This document shows positions 23,614 through 33,824 of a DNA stretch of 64,000 bases, one piece after another; within the stretch, counting starts at the first letter, position 1, and each line of letters begins with the position of its first letter. The notes under the pieces were generated by a model, which worked only from the letters and a program-made list of their open reading frames with translations, was not told the DNA's origin and made no database searches. Source of the stretch: a bacterium (lineage in GTDB: Bacteria; Patescibacteriota; Minisyncoccia; Phycocordibacterales; Phycocordibacteraceae); contig JAJYHK010000019.1 of assembly GCA_021784815.1 (NCBI GenBank), forward strand, positions 48,726 through 112,725, given 5' to 3'. Position numbers and translations under genes: made by a program.

Positions 23614-23952
23614 GGCCCTAGGATAGCAGATTAATTTTCTTGCGTCACAGCGCTGACGGTCGTCGCGGCATCGCGTCAAATCGCTTGTCTGTGCGGGGGA
23701 ACCCGGAGCTCACAAGAATCTCATCGCCTGTCTTTCATTATTCGTGCGTATCTTCATGCGTATTCATGGCCCAGTGGTGAAGCTCGGGAAATGCAGCCTT
23801 GAGTGAGTGGAACGCCGGGGGCTGTATTTCGCGGACTTCACGCCCGGAAGTTTCGCGGGGTTGGTCGGTGCCCGGCGTACGCGACACGCAGCGCGCCATA
23901 GGGTTGGGCGATTCTCGTTACTTAACTTAATTACCTCTTATTTCTAACGCGT

Positions 23953-24615
23953 ATGAACAAAGTCCTTCGCATCTCTCTAGCTGCTTCGTCGGCGCTCGCG
24001 CTCCTCGCGATTGCGGTACCGGCTATGGCGGCTGGGAATGTATCTGTTACCAGCACAAGCTCGTCCCACATCTCTTCCGCTACGACGGCAACGGCTTCAA
24101 CTGGCGGCAATACGGCAGGTGGCAGCTATGCCGGCAATGGTGGTGCGGGCGGTTCGGCAACGGCTAACGGCAGCGGCGGTGGAAATACCGTTGCCGGTGG
24201 CGCGGGCGCGCATGGTGGAAATGCTGCAGCGGGCGGCGCTGTGGTCTCTGGCAATGCGACAGCAAATGCCGCATCGCTCCACGTAGTAAATAGTACGGTC
24301 GTCGGCGTAACCATGACGCCATGGTCAAGCGGCACGGTGTCGGTGGGTAATCACAACACCCTTACTCTCGGTGATACAACGCAGGCACAAGCGGCGACCG
24401 GTTCTAATGCGGCCGGCGGTAGTTATGGCGGCAATGGCGGCGCTGCTGGCGGCGCCTCGTCTTTGGGTTCGGGTGGTGGCAATACCGTCACAAGTGGTAA
24501 TGCTGGTGCAGGCGGGAACGGCAATCTCGGCGGAGTGGTGCAGTCGGGGGCAGCATCAGCAATCTCGCATTCGGTGAGCATCCTCAACTCGAGCATCGTT
24601 CACATCCACCACTAA
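23953..24615 (+). CDS. secreted Gly/Ala/Asn-rich repeat protein (signal peptide + two ~100-aa tandem repeats)
   Basis: Signal peptide MNKVLRISLAASSALALLAIAVPAMA. Internal duplication TGGNTAGGSYAGNGGAGG...NTV..GNAG. Confidence 0.6.
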   Translation: MNKVLRISLAASSALALLAIAVPAMAAGNVSVTSTSSSHISSATTATASTGGNTAGGSYAGNGGAGGSATANGSGGGNTVAGGAGAHGGNAAAGGAVVSGNATANAASLHVVNSTVVGVTMTPWSSGTVSVGNHNTLTLGDTTQAQAATGSNAAGGSYGGNGGAAGGASSLGSGGGNTVTSGNAGAGGNGNLGGVVQSGAASAISHSVSILNSSIVHIHH

Positions 24616-24706
24616 CCCTGTTTCCGGCGCGCAAGGGTCGGGAACTGCGATTCCCGCCCTCGCATGAGAGCCTAAGGCGCTTGGACTCTCATAACGAGGA
24701 ACCTCT

Positions 24707-27682
24707 ATGAAGAACATCGCTCTCGCTCCTGTCTGGGCCCGCGGCATCGCGCTCGTACTCGCGCTCGCGCTCGCGACCGGGCCAGCTGGTAGTGTGCTCG
24801 CAGCGGAACATTCGGACACTTCAAGTTCAAGTACTCCGTCGACCGCATCCTCAAGTCCTCTGGCAGGCACATCTAAGCCGGAGAATACCGCTTCTTCGAC
24901 GCCGCTTACTGCCGCCGTCGTGACCGGCGGTGCCGCGGCAACCGCGCAGACGCACAATGAAGTGAATGCAGCGGTCGTCCAAACTGCAAGCGCCACGCCA
25001 TCGGCGACCGGCAACACGACTGCGGTCTCCGTAGGGGCGCCCTCGACCCTAGCGGCGTCTTCGACGGGGAACGGCGATGCGTCATCGACTTCGGACGCTG
25101 CCTCGTCGTCACCACCGTCGCTCTCGCAAGGGACGACGACCATAACGACGCAAAACATCGCAAGCACGACCGCAACGACGACCGCGCATGCGAGTACGGG
25201 GACCAACGGCGCTCAAAACGCCGACGGCAATGCGTTCGTTGCGACCGGCGATGCTTATGCATCAGCCGATGCGATCAACGTGATCAATACGAACATTATC
25301 GACTCGACCGGCCTCTTGTATTTCAAAAACCTTTTCTCATCGCTCGGCATTAACCTGGGCGATCTCGACCTTTCGTATTTCACCAGTTCATCGACTCCCG
25401 TATGCTCCGCGGGCTTGTGCGATCCGCTCTCGCTGTATGCGCAGAATGCGGCGACCGCGACGAATGCGGTTGAGGCAACCGCGCAAACGGGCGGCAACGC
25501 CGCCTCGAGCACCAAGGGCTCGTCGACTATCGATACCGGCAATGCGTATGCGTCGGGCAATGCGATTAACATCATTAACTCAAATTTCATCCGGTCGAAT
25601 TACCTGCTCATCGCGATGAACGATTTCGGGAACCTTTCGGGCGATATCGTCCTTCCGGACGCCGCCTTCTTCCAGAAATTGCTCGCGCACCGTGCCGGCA
25701 CCACAGGCGACCTTTCGCTCTCTGCAAGCAATGACGGCACGGTCGCCAACTCGACTGCGGCGGTGGCGCAGACGGGCAACAACGCCGCATCTTCGACTGC
25801 GTCGGGGAGTAGCCTCGTTTCTACGGGCGCGGCGCTCTCGAGCGCGACGAGCCTGAACCAGGTAAACGCGAATTTCGTGGGCGGCACGACGGTATTTCTG
25901 CTTTTCCGTATTTGGGGCAACTGGACCGGAACGGTGCGCGGTCTGCCGGCGGGTATGGCCTGGCAGCAAACGCCCGCCGGGCTTGAGATCACGAACGCCG
26001 AGGGCGCGCCGGTTCCGGGCACAGCGCTCGCGCCGCCCGGACCGCTCTCGGTCGACGCGACTAGTACGGCGGTGCTCACGAACCGCGTGCGCGTATATGC
26101 GCTCACGGGCAACAACCAAGCGCGGGCGGCTGACGGCACCTCCACGATAGCGACCGGCAACGCCTATGCGAGCGCGAATAGCGTCAATGTCGTCAACACC
26201 AACCTGGTCGGCCATAACTGGATCTATGCGATCTTCAACATTTTCGGCGACATGACCGGCGACATTGCCTTCGGACAGCCGGATCTCTGGGTCGGGGCCG
26301 CGGCGCAGGCAGATAACCCGACCTTGCCGGGCACGACGGTGCCGTTCACGTTCACGGTCGTCAACAGGGGAACCGCAACGGCGACGGACGTGCGGCTGAC
26401 GACGAGCTTTCTTTCCCACATGCTCCGCTTCGCGACGGGTTCCTCGACCGCGACCGCCGACACGTGGGACCTTGGCTCGCTCGCGCCAGGGCAGACCAGG
26501 GAAGTGACCGTCTCGGCGGTGACCGGGGAGGTGCCGCAAGGCGGCTCGGTCGCGGTGCCGGTGACCGCGGTAGTGTCGAGCGTTGAACATGACGCTAACC
26601 CTTCTGACAACGCCGACAGCCTCACCATCGTCGTCTCAAATCCGATCGCGCCCGGGAGCAGGGGACCGAGCTTCAGCTCCGATCCGAAGCTTTCCGTGCT
26701 GCCGCAGGTCGGCGCGCTGTCGAGCACCGCGCCCGCCGTGCTCTCGTACGCCGCGCTCGTTGCGAACAATGGCGGGACTGCCTTTGATGCCGTCGCCACC
26801 GACGTCATCCGTAACGCCAAGGGCGCGGTCGTGAGCCGTCAATCCTGGAACCTCGGCAACCTCGCGTATAACGACGAGCTTCGGATAGCGTATAAGGCGG
26901 CCTTTGCGTCGACGACCGAGCTTGGGCAGTACACGAACGTCATGACGGTCACCGGACACATGCATTATCCGGACGGTCTCGGGTCGGTGCCGTTTGCACC
27001 GGTATCGGCGACCACCACAATGACGATCCTTCCACCGCTCCAGGCACCGGTCGCGACCGTGCAGGCGCAGTCGTGCGCGCCGTATCTCACCGCGTACCTT
27101 ACGCCGGGCGGCGCGAATGATCCGGCGCAGGTGCGGAAACTGCAGTCGTTCTTGATCGGCGAGAGACTCGGTAACGGCGCCTTGGTAACGGGCGCCTTCG
27201 ATGCGGCAACTGCGGCCGCGGTGAAGCGCTTCCAAACAAAATACGCAGCGAACGTGCTCGAGCCTTGGGGCTACCGTAAGCCGACCGGAGACGTATACTA
27301 CACGACCGAGCTCCAGATCAACGCGCTTGCCTGCGCGGGAAAGGGTACGTTCGCACTCACTCAAGCGCAGCGGGAAGAGATCGATGCGACGCGGACGATC
27401 ATCGCGCAGCTGCGCGCACAAGCGGCGCTCGCAGAAGCTGCTCCTGCTCCGGTGTCTTCAGGTGGGGTCTCGGCAGGCGCTGTGCCCGTGCACACGGTCT
27501 CTGCTAAGGAGCCAGCCGCGTCGAGTCCCGATCTGGCACTCCCGCCGGGGATGGAGGTGGGTGTCAGCACGACGTCGCCGCGCGCGTCTTGGTTCGCAGG
27601 TCTGACGCGGACCCCGTCAATCGTCGCCGCGTCGGTCGCAAATGCATACCGTGCGCTCCTCTCTACCTTCGGTATGCATTAA
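24707..27682 (+). CDS. large cell-surface protein: signal peptide, S/T-rich linker, four ~45-aa 'TGNAYASxNxINxxNxN' repeats, DUF11-like beta domain, C-terminal peptidoglycan-binding domain
   Basis: GAGGA Shine-Dalgarno 8 nt upstream. Repeats visible in the translation. PG_binding_1-like C-terminal segment (GANDPAQVRKLQSFLIGERLGNGALVTGAFDAATAAAVKRFQ). Confidence 0.7.
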   Translation: MKNIALAPVWARGIALVLALALATGPAGSVLAAEHSDTSSSSTPSTASSSPLAGTSKPENTASSTPLTAAVVTGGAAATAQTHNEVNAAVVQTASATPSATGNTTAVSVGAPSTLAASSTGNGDASSTSDAASSSPPSLSQGTTTITTQNIASTTATTTAHASTGTNGAQNADGNAFVATGDAYASADAINVINTNIIDSTGLLYFKNLFSSLGINLGDLDLSYFTSSSTPVCSAGLCDPLSLYAQNAATATNAVEATAQTGGNAASSTKGSSTIDTGNAYASGNAINIINSNFIRSNYLLIAMNDFGNLSGDIVLPDAAFFQKLLAHRAGTTGDLSLSASNDGTVANSTAAVAQTGNNAASSTASGSSLVSTGAALSSATSLNQVNANFVGGTTVFLLFRIWGNWTGTVRGLPAGMAWQQTPAGLEITNAEGAPVPGTALAPPGPLSVDATSTAVLTNRVRVYALTGNNQARAADGTSTIATGNAYASANSVNVVNTNLVGHNWIYAIFNIFGDMTGDIAFGQPDLWVGAAAQADNPTLPGTTVPFTFTVVNRGTATATDVRLTTSFLSHMLRFATGSSTATADTWDLGSLAPGQTREVTVSAVTGEVPQGGSVAVPVTAVVSSVEHDANPSDNADSLTIVVSNPIAPGSRGPSFSSDPKLSVLPQVGALSSTAPAVLSYAALVANNGGTAFDAVATDVIRNAKGAVVSRQSWNLGNLAYNDELRIAYKAAFASTTELGQYTNVMTVTGHMHYPDGLGSVPFAPVSATTTMTILPPLQAPVATVQAQSCAPYLTAYLTPGGANDPAQVRKLQSFLIGERLGNGALVTGAFDAATAAAVKRFQTKYAANVLEPWGYRKPTGDVYYTTELQINALACAGKGTFALTQAQREEIDATRTIIAQLRAQAALAEAAPAPVSSGGVSAGAVPVHTVSAKEPAASSPDLALPPGMEVGVSTTSPRASWFAGLTRTPSIVAASVANAYRALLSTFGMH

Positions 27683-27703
27683 CAGCCCTAACGTTCTGCG
27701 CTT

Positions 27704-28363
27704 ATGACTTCACCTCCCTCGTCAGTGCGTGTATCGCGATTTCGGTCGCGCCCGTTCCTGCTCGTCTCGCTCATGGTGGCGCTCCCGAGTATGCCGTCGC
27801 TGCCGGTGCCTCCCGCGTTTGGCGATGTCCAATCCTTTCAGGCGAGTTCACTCCAGGATAAGGTCGCTCACCTTATGGGTACAGAAGCGGCGCGATTGAG
27901 GGCAGCGGCCGATGCGCAACCTCCCGTTGAGTCGCTGCAGTCTAGTGTCTCCGTCGCCGCTTCGGCAGATACGGGCGGTATGACGGTCACGAGCGGATCT
28001 GCAGGCTCAGGAGGTGCGTCCGCCTCCTCGCAAAGCACTGTCATAAGTAATGGCTTGGGCACAACAATCGACACGAAAGTGCAAACCGAATCAAATGGGG
28101 TAACAAAATCGGAGACACGGCACGTCACGGTCCCGAGCGGTTCCGCTGCGCGCGTCTATGCTGCGACAAGCACGGACGCTGCCCGATCGGCAGCATCCGT
28201 TGAGTATGTCGGTTCTGGCACCGGCAATGGCAACCGTGCCATCTCGCATGTCGATGGATCACTTGGTCCGCCACCGGCGGCGACCGTGACGCCGCCCTCA
28301 GTGCCGGCCGGATTCTTCGATCGGTTCTTTCAGCGCGCTACCCGGTGGTTTACCTTTTGGTAG
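27704..28363 (+). CDS. secreted hypothetical protein
   Basis: N-terminal hydrophobic segment, Ser/Thr/Gly-rich. 219 aa. Confidence 0.4.
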   Translation: MTSPPSSVRVSRFRSRPFLLVSLMVALPSMPSLPVPPAFGDVQSFQASSLQDKVAHLMGTEAARLRAAADAQPPVESLQSSVSVAASADTGGMTVTSGSAGSGGASASSQSTVISNGLGTTIDTKVQTESNGVTKSETRHVTVPSGSAARVYAATSTDAARSAASVEYVGSGTGNGNRAISHVDGSLGPPPAATVTPPSVPAGFFDRFFQRATRWFTFW

Positions 28364-28819
28364 CTAGTGTGCAGCGGCAGAGGAACTGGTGCCGAATCGC
28401 CCGAGGCCTGCGGGGCGCAGTTGGATAAGATCGGCGGAGAGCGACCCGTCGCTATTGCTGGTGCCTGAGACAAGTACGTTTGAGCCGCTCGTAACGTCGC
28501 TCAGACTGCCCGTGACGCTTTTCGATACCGTGGTGTTCGGCGTAACCAGCACGAGACGCGAGCTGCCGTCCGGCATCTTGATGGTTACGTCTTGGCCCGC
28601 GACCGACACAACCGTACCAGTGAGCACGTTGCCGCTGTTTGTACCGTTTGTACCAGCGGCCCCTCGAGTAAAGCCGCCGCGCCCGAACTGGCCGACTGCT
28701 CCTGTGCGGCCAGCAAAGCCAGTGGGCGCTTTGGCTGCGGCGCTGTGCGGAACGACGTAGCCGATAACGCCTCCAATAATGAGTGCGACTACTGCGATTC
28801 CAATAGTTTTCGATTGCAT
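28364..28819 (-). CDS. DUF5666-like secreted/anchored protein
   Basis: Signal-anchor then GTVVSVAGQDVTIKMPDGSSRLVLVTPNTTV OB-like segment. Paralogous to 32844-33611. Confidence 0.5.
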   Translation of the reverse strand: MQSKTIGIAVVALIIGGVIGYVVPHSAAAKAPTGFAGRTGAVGQFGRGGFTRGAAGTNGTNSGNVLTGTVVSVAGQDVTIKMPDGSSRLVLVTPNTTVSKSVTGSLSDVTSGSNVLVSGTSNSDGSLSADLIQLRPAGLGRFGTSSSAAAH

Positions 28820-28855
28820 AGACCTTGTTAGGTTATAAAAGCGCCCGATGCGTGG

Positions 28856-30091
28856 TTACTCATACCGAAGCGCATCGATGGGATTAAGATTGGACGCTCT
28901 TCGTGCGGGGTACCACCCGAAGACAATCCCGATGCCGGCCGAGACGCCGAAGGCGAGCAGGACTGACGATCCTGTTACTTGTGCCGCCATGATGCCAGTA
29001 GCGGTCACCAGATCGGCAATTGCCCAGCCAAGCGCGACGCCAAGCGCGCCGCCCACGAAGGTGAGCGCAACCGCCTCGGCGAGGAACTGCATATTAATGT
29101 CCTTCCGCGTTGCGCCAATGGCCTTGCGTAGGCCAATTTCGCGCATGCGCTCGGTAACGGTGGTAAGCATCATATTCATAATACCGATACCGCCGACCAC
29201 GAGCGAGATGCCGGCAATGGCCGCAAGCAGCGTGGTGAAGGTGCCCGTGACGCTACTCACGGCCGAGACGAGCTGCTGCTGGTTCAAGATACTGAAGTCA
29301 GCCTTGGTGGGATCACTAATGCCATGGCGCTGTAGTAGGAGGTTGGTGACGTCGCTCTGCACCTGGGTCATGGACTGCTGGGTCGCCGCTTCGATATCGA
29401 TGGTCGAGAGGTACTGATTGCCGTTCCCGGCGAAGTACTGCAGCGCCGTGGTGAGTGGTATGAATATGCTGTCGTCTTGGCTCCCGAAGCCTGACCCGCC
29501 CTTGGTCGCCATCACGCCGGTGATGGTGAACTGCATGTTGTTGATGCGGATTGCTTTGCCGATGAGGTTCGTGGAGGTAGCATCCGCGCCGAAGAGGTCG
29601 GTGGCGACGGTGGAGCCAATGACCGCGACTTTGGAGAGTGAAGAGGATTGGCTCGCGGTAATGAACGAGCCCTCATTCATGTCGATGTTACGGATCTGCG
29701 CATAGCTCGGATCGACGCCATCGACCGTCGTGTTGGTGTTTGCGGCGGCAATCGAGACCTGGTACCGACTGGAGTATTCGCCCGACACCGCGGCCACGTT
29801 TTGCACTTGCGCGACCGCATTTTCATCAGCAACCGTAAGGGACGGTGCGGTGCCGCGGCCGCCTGAGGCGCCAAACCCGATTTGGCGCGCTGCGCCTGGG
29901 GTTACGACGAGCAAGTTTGCACCGAGCGAGTTAATTGAACTCGAGACTGAATTTTGTGTGCCTTGGCCGATCGCCATAAGCGCAATGACTGAGGCAATGC
30001 CGATGACGATGCCGAGCACGGTGAGTCCTGAACGCGCCTTGTTTGCCGAGAGCGCGAGATACGTCTCTTGCGCCAGGTCTTGTGATCTCAT
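28856..30091 (-). CDS. ABC transporter permease, MacB/FtsX family
   Basis: N-terminal TM, large periplasmic domain, C-terminal FtsX four-TM bundle. ATGA overlap with the ATPase gene. Confidence 0.85.
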   Translation of the reverse strand: MRSQDLAQETYLALSANKARSGLTVLGIVIGIASVIALMAIGQGTQNSVSSSINSLGANLLVVTPGAARQIGFGASGGRGTAPSLTVADENAVAQVQNVAAVSGEYSSRYQVSIAAANTNTTVDGVDPSYAQIRNIDMNEGSFITASQSSSLSKVAVIGSTVATDLFGADATSTNLIGKAIRINNMQFTITGVMATKGGSGFGSQDDSIFIPLTTALQYFAGNGNQYLSTIDIEAATQQSMTQVQSDVTNLLLQRHGISDPTKADFSILNQQQLVSAVSSVTGTFTTLLAAIAGISLVVGGIGIMNMMLTTVTERMREIGLRKAIGATRKDINMQFLAEAVALTFVGGALGVALGWAIADLVTATGIMAAQVTGSSVLLAFGVSAGIGIVFGWYPARRASNLNPIDALRYE

Positions 30092-30843
30092 ACCGAAAGA
30101 GTCGCCGGGCCGGGCTGTCCAGCGTCGTAAAGCCGGGTTTCTTCTGTCGCGTCGCGCGGATGTGCGTTGCGTTCATCGGAGACGATGCGGCCGTCCATAA
30201 TGCGGATGATACGGTCGGCATGCCTGGCAACGTCCGGCTCATGGGTGATGAGCACGATCGTGCGGTGGAATTCGCGGTTGAGCTTCTGCATCGTACCGAG
30301 GACGACGAGCGAAGTGCGGCTATCGAGGTTGCCGGTCGGTTCGTCGGCGAGGATGAGCGAGGGGTTGTTCACGAGGGCCCGGGCAATGGCGACGCGCTGG
30401 ATCTGTCCGCCCGAGATTTGATTTGAGAGGTGGTCGAAGTATTCCTCAGAGAGGCCGGCGGAAAGGAGCGCCTGTTTCGCGCGCTCTTCGCGCTCAGGAC
30501 TCGGGACGTTTGCGTAGACGAGCGGCAGGACGACATTGCGTAGCACGGTCGTACGGCTCAGGAGGTTGAACGATTGGAACACGAAGCCGATTTTGTCTTT
30601 GCGCACCGCAGCAAGCTCGTCGTCGGTCATCTGGGAAACATCTTTGCCGTCGAGAAGATACGTGCCGCTTGTGGGTGTGTCGAGGCAGCCGAGGATGTGC
30701 ATGAGCGTCGACTTGCCTGAACCTGAGGGGCCCATGATTGCCGCAAACTCGCCTTCGTTAACCTTAAAGCTCACCCCACGCAGCGCGGTATAAGCGCTAT
30801 CGCCAGAACCATACGTCTTCGTGATGTCCTTGATCTCAATCAT
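30088..30843 (-). CDS. ABC transporter ATP-binding protein (MacB-type)
   Basis: Walker A GPSGSGKST, Q-loop, signature LSGGQIQRVAIARAL, Walker B ILADEPTGNLD. Confidence 0.9.
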   Translation of the reverse strand: MIEIKDITKTYGSGDSAYTALRGVSFKVNEGEFAAIMGPSGSGKSTLMHILGCLDTPTSGTYLLDGKDVSQMTDDELAAVRKDKIGFVFQSFNLLSRTTVLRNVVLPLVYANVPSPEREERAKQALLSAGLSEEYFDHLSNQISGGQIQRVAIARALVNNPSLILADEPTGNLDSRTSLVVLGTMQKLNREFHRTIVLITHEPDVARHADRIIRIMDGRIVSDERNAHPRDATEETRLYDAGQPGPATLSV

Positions 30844-30862
30844 GGGTAAAGGTCGATGAACA

Positions 30863-32641
30863 CTAGCCGCCGAGCACACGAAAGGCACCTGGACGACCGC
30901 CACCGAATGCGGGTGCGCTTGCGGTTGTGCCCGTAGACGGTGTGCTAGCGACTGTGCGGGTCACCACCTGGGCGCCCGCAGAGAGACCGCTCGCGATGAT
31001 AGTCTGCGTGTTGTCGGAGAGGCCGGTCACTACCTGCACGTCTTGTGGTGCCGTTGCCGAGGGTGCGCCCGTTGCGCTTTCACTGCCCGCAAGCGGGGGA
31101 CTGAAGACCTGCACGTAGCTTGTGTTGCCGTTGGTCTTCACGGCGCTTGCCGGCACGACGAGGCCCGTCTGGATGCCGGTGATAATGTTGGCGGTCACGC
31201 TCATGCCCGGCTTCACCTGCGGGTTGTCGGTGTTGAAGGCGATCGTCGCGCTGTACGAGACCACGCCCTGGGTGACCGTGCCGACCTCGTTTATGGAAGC
31301 GACGGTGCCCACAATGGTGAGGTTGGGGAGGGCGTCGAAGGTAAGCGTTGCTTTTTGGCCGACCTCGAGCTTGCTCGCGTCGACCTCGTTGACAGTGATA
31401 TCGGCGGTCTCCTTGCTGGTGACTAGAGTGGCGACCTGTGTGCTTGGGCTCGCCTGGTCGTACTTCTGTACGCCGACGTTCGCGATCGTGCCGGCGAACG
31501 GTGCGGTGATCGTGTAGTTGGCAAGTGTCTGCTCGGCGGTGGTGACTGTCTGCTGCGCTTGCTTCAGGCTGAGCTCTGCCTGCTTGACGGTGAGTGTGTT
31601 GGCGCCGCCCCGCTGCACCTGGAGCGCGTTTTGTGCCTGGGCAAGCGTCTGCTCAGCCGAGACGATGTTGCTCGTGGCGGAGAGCGCGTTCGCAAGGTCG
31701 GTCGAGACCGTGGTCGTGTAGGTGTTGGTGTTCGCGAGTAGGGTGTTCAGCTCGGAAGATGTCCCCAGGTTGTAGAGCGTATAGTCGCTGCTCACGCGGT
31801 TAAAGAAGTCGTGGGCTGCACGAACAGCCTGTGCCACCGTTTGCACTGCGTTGTAGGTATTCTGAGCAAGCGTTTGGAGATCGGCGTTGGAAATATTGTC
31901 ATTAGTTGCCTGGTAGCTGGCGACCGCATTTTGGTAGGCAGTGTAGGCCGCGGTGTACGCGGTCTGGGCGCTGTTCGCATAGACGTTAATGCTGTCATCG
32001 TGGCTGCTCACAAGGTTCGTGTACGCGTCGATGTTCTCCTGGTTCGGGCGGCTGGTGACGTTTGAGTCGTGCAGCGCGTTGTCGAGCCCTGTCACGATAG
32101 TTGAGAGGTCGGTGTAGATACCGGCAATGGAGGTGTAGGCGTCGTCGTGCGCTTTGGTGAGCGCAATCTGCGCGTTCGTTGCCGCGCTCTGGGCGTTCAC
32201 GAGATTGAGCTGGAGGGTCGAGGTCGCGGTGTCCTGCTCATAGGTGAGCTGGGCGGTCTCGAGCGCGAGCTTCGCGTTTTGGAGCGCTTGCGCGGCGGTG
32301 GTGTCATCGAGCTGCGCAACGACCTGGCCGGCATAGACGTACTCGCCCGGCGTTACATATACGCCCACGACCTGGCCCGATGCCTGGGGAGAGAGCGTGA
32401 GCTGCTGGGAGGCGCTCACCTGGCCGGTCTCGGTAAGCGTTGCGACCACGGTACCGGTTGCCACGGTGGTTGTAACGTAGCGCGTCTCTGCTGGCTTCGC
32501 GGTTGCCGCCGCATATGCGCGATACCCGCCATAGACCGCAAGCATCAGAATAACGAACGTCCATACTTTATGAGCGCTCGCAAACGTGCGCGATTTGCGC
32601 CAGAGCGTTGCCGGGTTTTGGCGTAAAGAAGGAGAGTCCAT
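30863..32641 (-). CDS. HlyD-family periplasmic adaptor (membrane-fusion protein) with long coiled coil
   Basis: N-terminal TM, lipoyl/beta-barrel segments flanking a roughly 250-aa Ala/Gln/Thr-rich coiled coil. Start uncertain (ATG 32641 or TTG 32662). Confidence 0.75.
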   Translation of the reverse strand: MDSPSLRQNPATLWRKSRTFASAHKVWTFVILMLAVYGGYRAYAAATAKPAETRYVTTTVATGTVVATLTETGQVSASQQLTLSPQASGQVVGVYVTPGEYVYAGQVVAQLDDTTAAQALQNAKLALETAQLTYEQDTATSTLQLNLVNAQSAATNAQIALTKAHDDAYTSIAGIYTDLSTIVTGLDNALHDSNVTSRPNQENIDAYTNLVSSHDDSINVYANSAQTAYTAAYTAYQNAVASYQATNDNISNADLQTLAQNTYNAVQTVAQAVRAAHDFFNRVSSDYTLYNLGTSSELNTLLANTNTYTTTVSTDLANALSATSNIVSAEQTLAQAQNALQVQRGGANTLTVKQAELSLKQAQQTVTTAEQTLANYTITAPFAGTIANVGVQKYDQASPSTQVATLVTSKETADITVNEVDASKLEVGQKATLTFDALPNLTIVGTVASINEVGTVTQGVVSYSATIAFNTDNPQVKPGMSVTANIITGIQTGLVVPASAVKTNGNTSYVQVFSPPLAGSESATGAPSATAPQDVQVVTGLSDNTQTIIASGLSAGAQVVTRTVASTPSTGTTASAPAFGGGRPGAFRVLGG

Positions 32642-32843
32642 TGAGGGCGAGAAAGCTAACAAATAAGCAGGGAAATTGCCCCCGTGGCATGCCGTGGCTA
32701 GGCGGCCTGTCGACTATAATACGCTCGTCTGCCGCATTTGTTCATGATTTACCTTGTCGTTGTATACAACGGGCAGGCATAGGGAAACACGCGCGGTACC
32801 TAGAAGGTGCCGCGCGTGTTTCCCTATGCGTTTCACTGGACCG

Positions 32844-33611
32844 CTATATGAACCCGAACAAGCGGGTAAAGAATCCGCCAATCGCCCCGAAGAAACCGCG
32901 CCGCGGCGGGGTACCGGCGCTTCCTTTTGCGCCCGCCGGGGCCTGGTCGAGGATGGAGGACGCAGTTACGGAAGCGCCGTTTACTGCGCCCTGCACGACG
33001 ACCGCGTCGCCGACTGAGACGTTTGCGAGCGTTGCGTTCGTCACGTCGCGCTTCACGACTTTAGCGTTTACCGCATTTACGGTGTAGGTCTGGCCCGCTT
33101 TTGCAGTAACCATAAGCGTCGAGCTGCTTACTGCAGAGACGGTGCCGCCGATGACGGGGTCGCCGTTGCCTTGAATCGGGAATGCGGTGGACATCGCTGC
33201 CGCGCCTTTTCCTCGAGCGTCATGCCAGATGTCCGGGCCCTTTTTGACGTCGCGGATGTTCGTTGCCGCGACGCTTGTGCCGCTCATCGTGCCGCGTACG
33301 ACAACAAAATCGCCAATCGCAATTTGGGCAAATGATGATGTTTTTCCGTCCTTCACAACCACCGCGCCCGAAGCGTTTACCGTATAAGCCGTCATCGGCG
33401 CAGTGGTCGAGCTTTTGAGTTCATGGCGCCATCCGTGGGTCGTTACCATCAGTATGTCGCCTGAAACGGACGTAACTTTACCGGACACCACCGGCCGTCC
33501 CGTTATGTCCGGGCCGGCCGCAAAGGCCGGGGTCGCCGCAAATGCTAGCGTGCCGAAGAGCACGGAGCCGACCGTAAACGCGGGGAGGAACCGTTTTATA
33601 AAGGTTTGCAT
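32844..33611 (-). CDS. secreted protein with two DUF5666-like repeats
   Basis: Signal peptide. Two copies of a GTV.SV.G..L.V module resembling 28364-28819. Confidence 0.5.
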   Translation of the reverse strand: MQTFIKRFLPAFTVGSVLFGTLAFAATPAFAAGPDITGRPVVSGKVTSVSGDILMVTTHGWRHELKSSTTAPMTAYTVNASGAVVVKDGKTSSFAQIAIGDFVVVRGTMSGTSVAATNIRDVKKGPDIWHDARGKGAAAMSTAFPIQGNGDPVIGGTVSAVSSSTLMVTAKAGQTYTVNAVNAKVVKRDVTNATLANVSVGDAVVVQGAVNGASVTASSILDQAPAGAKGSAGTPPRRGFFGAIGGFFTRLFGFI

Positions 33612-33824
33612 ACGTTTTGGCAAGGATTAACGCGAGCATTGTTTAGTACGCAGCCACCGTTTTTTTGTTGCTGAAACTGAAAAGAGTACCAACCCGGGCC
33701 TTGAGGGAGTACTCGCTGACTTGTCGCGCAACCACACCGGCATGCGCGTCGGTAATGCTCGGCAGCGATCATAGCCGCGCGTACATGCAAAAGCGATGAC
33801 TGCATTCGCAAGAGGCGCGCGCTT

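Noticed and set aside
25580-27421. Antisense ORFs (25580-26590, 26224-26820, 26636-27421) within the large surface-protein gene
   Set aside because: Arg-rich translations typical of the GC-rich opposite strand.
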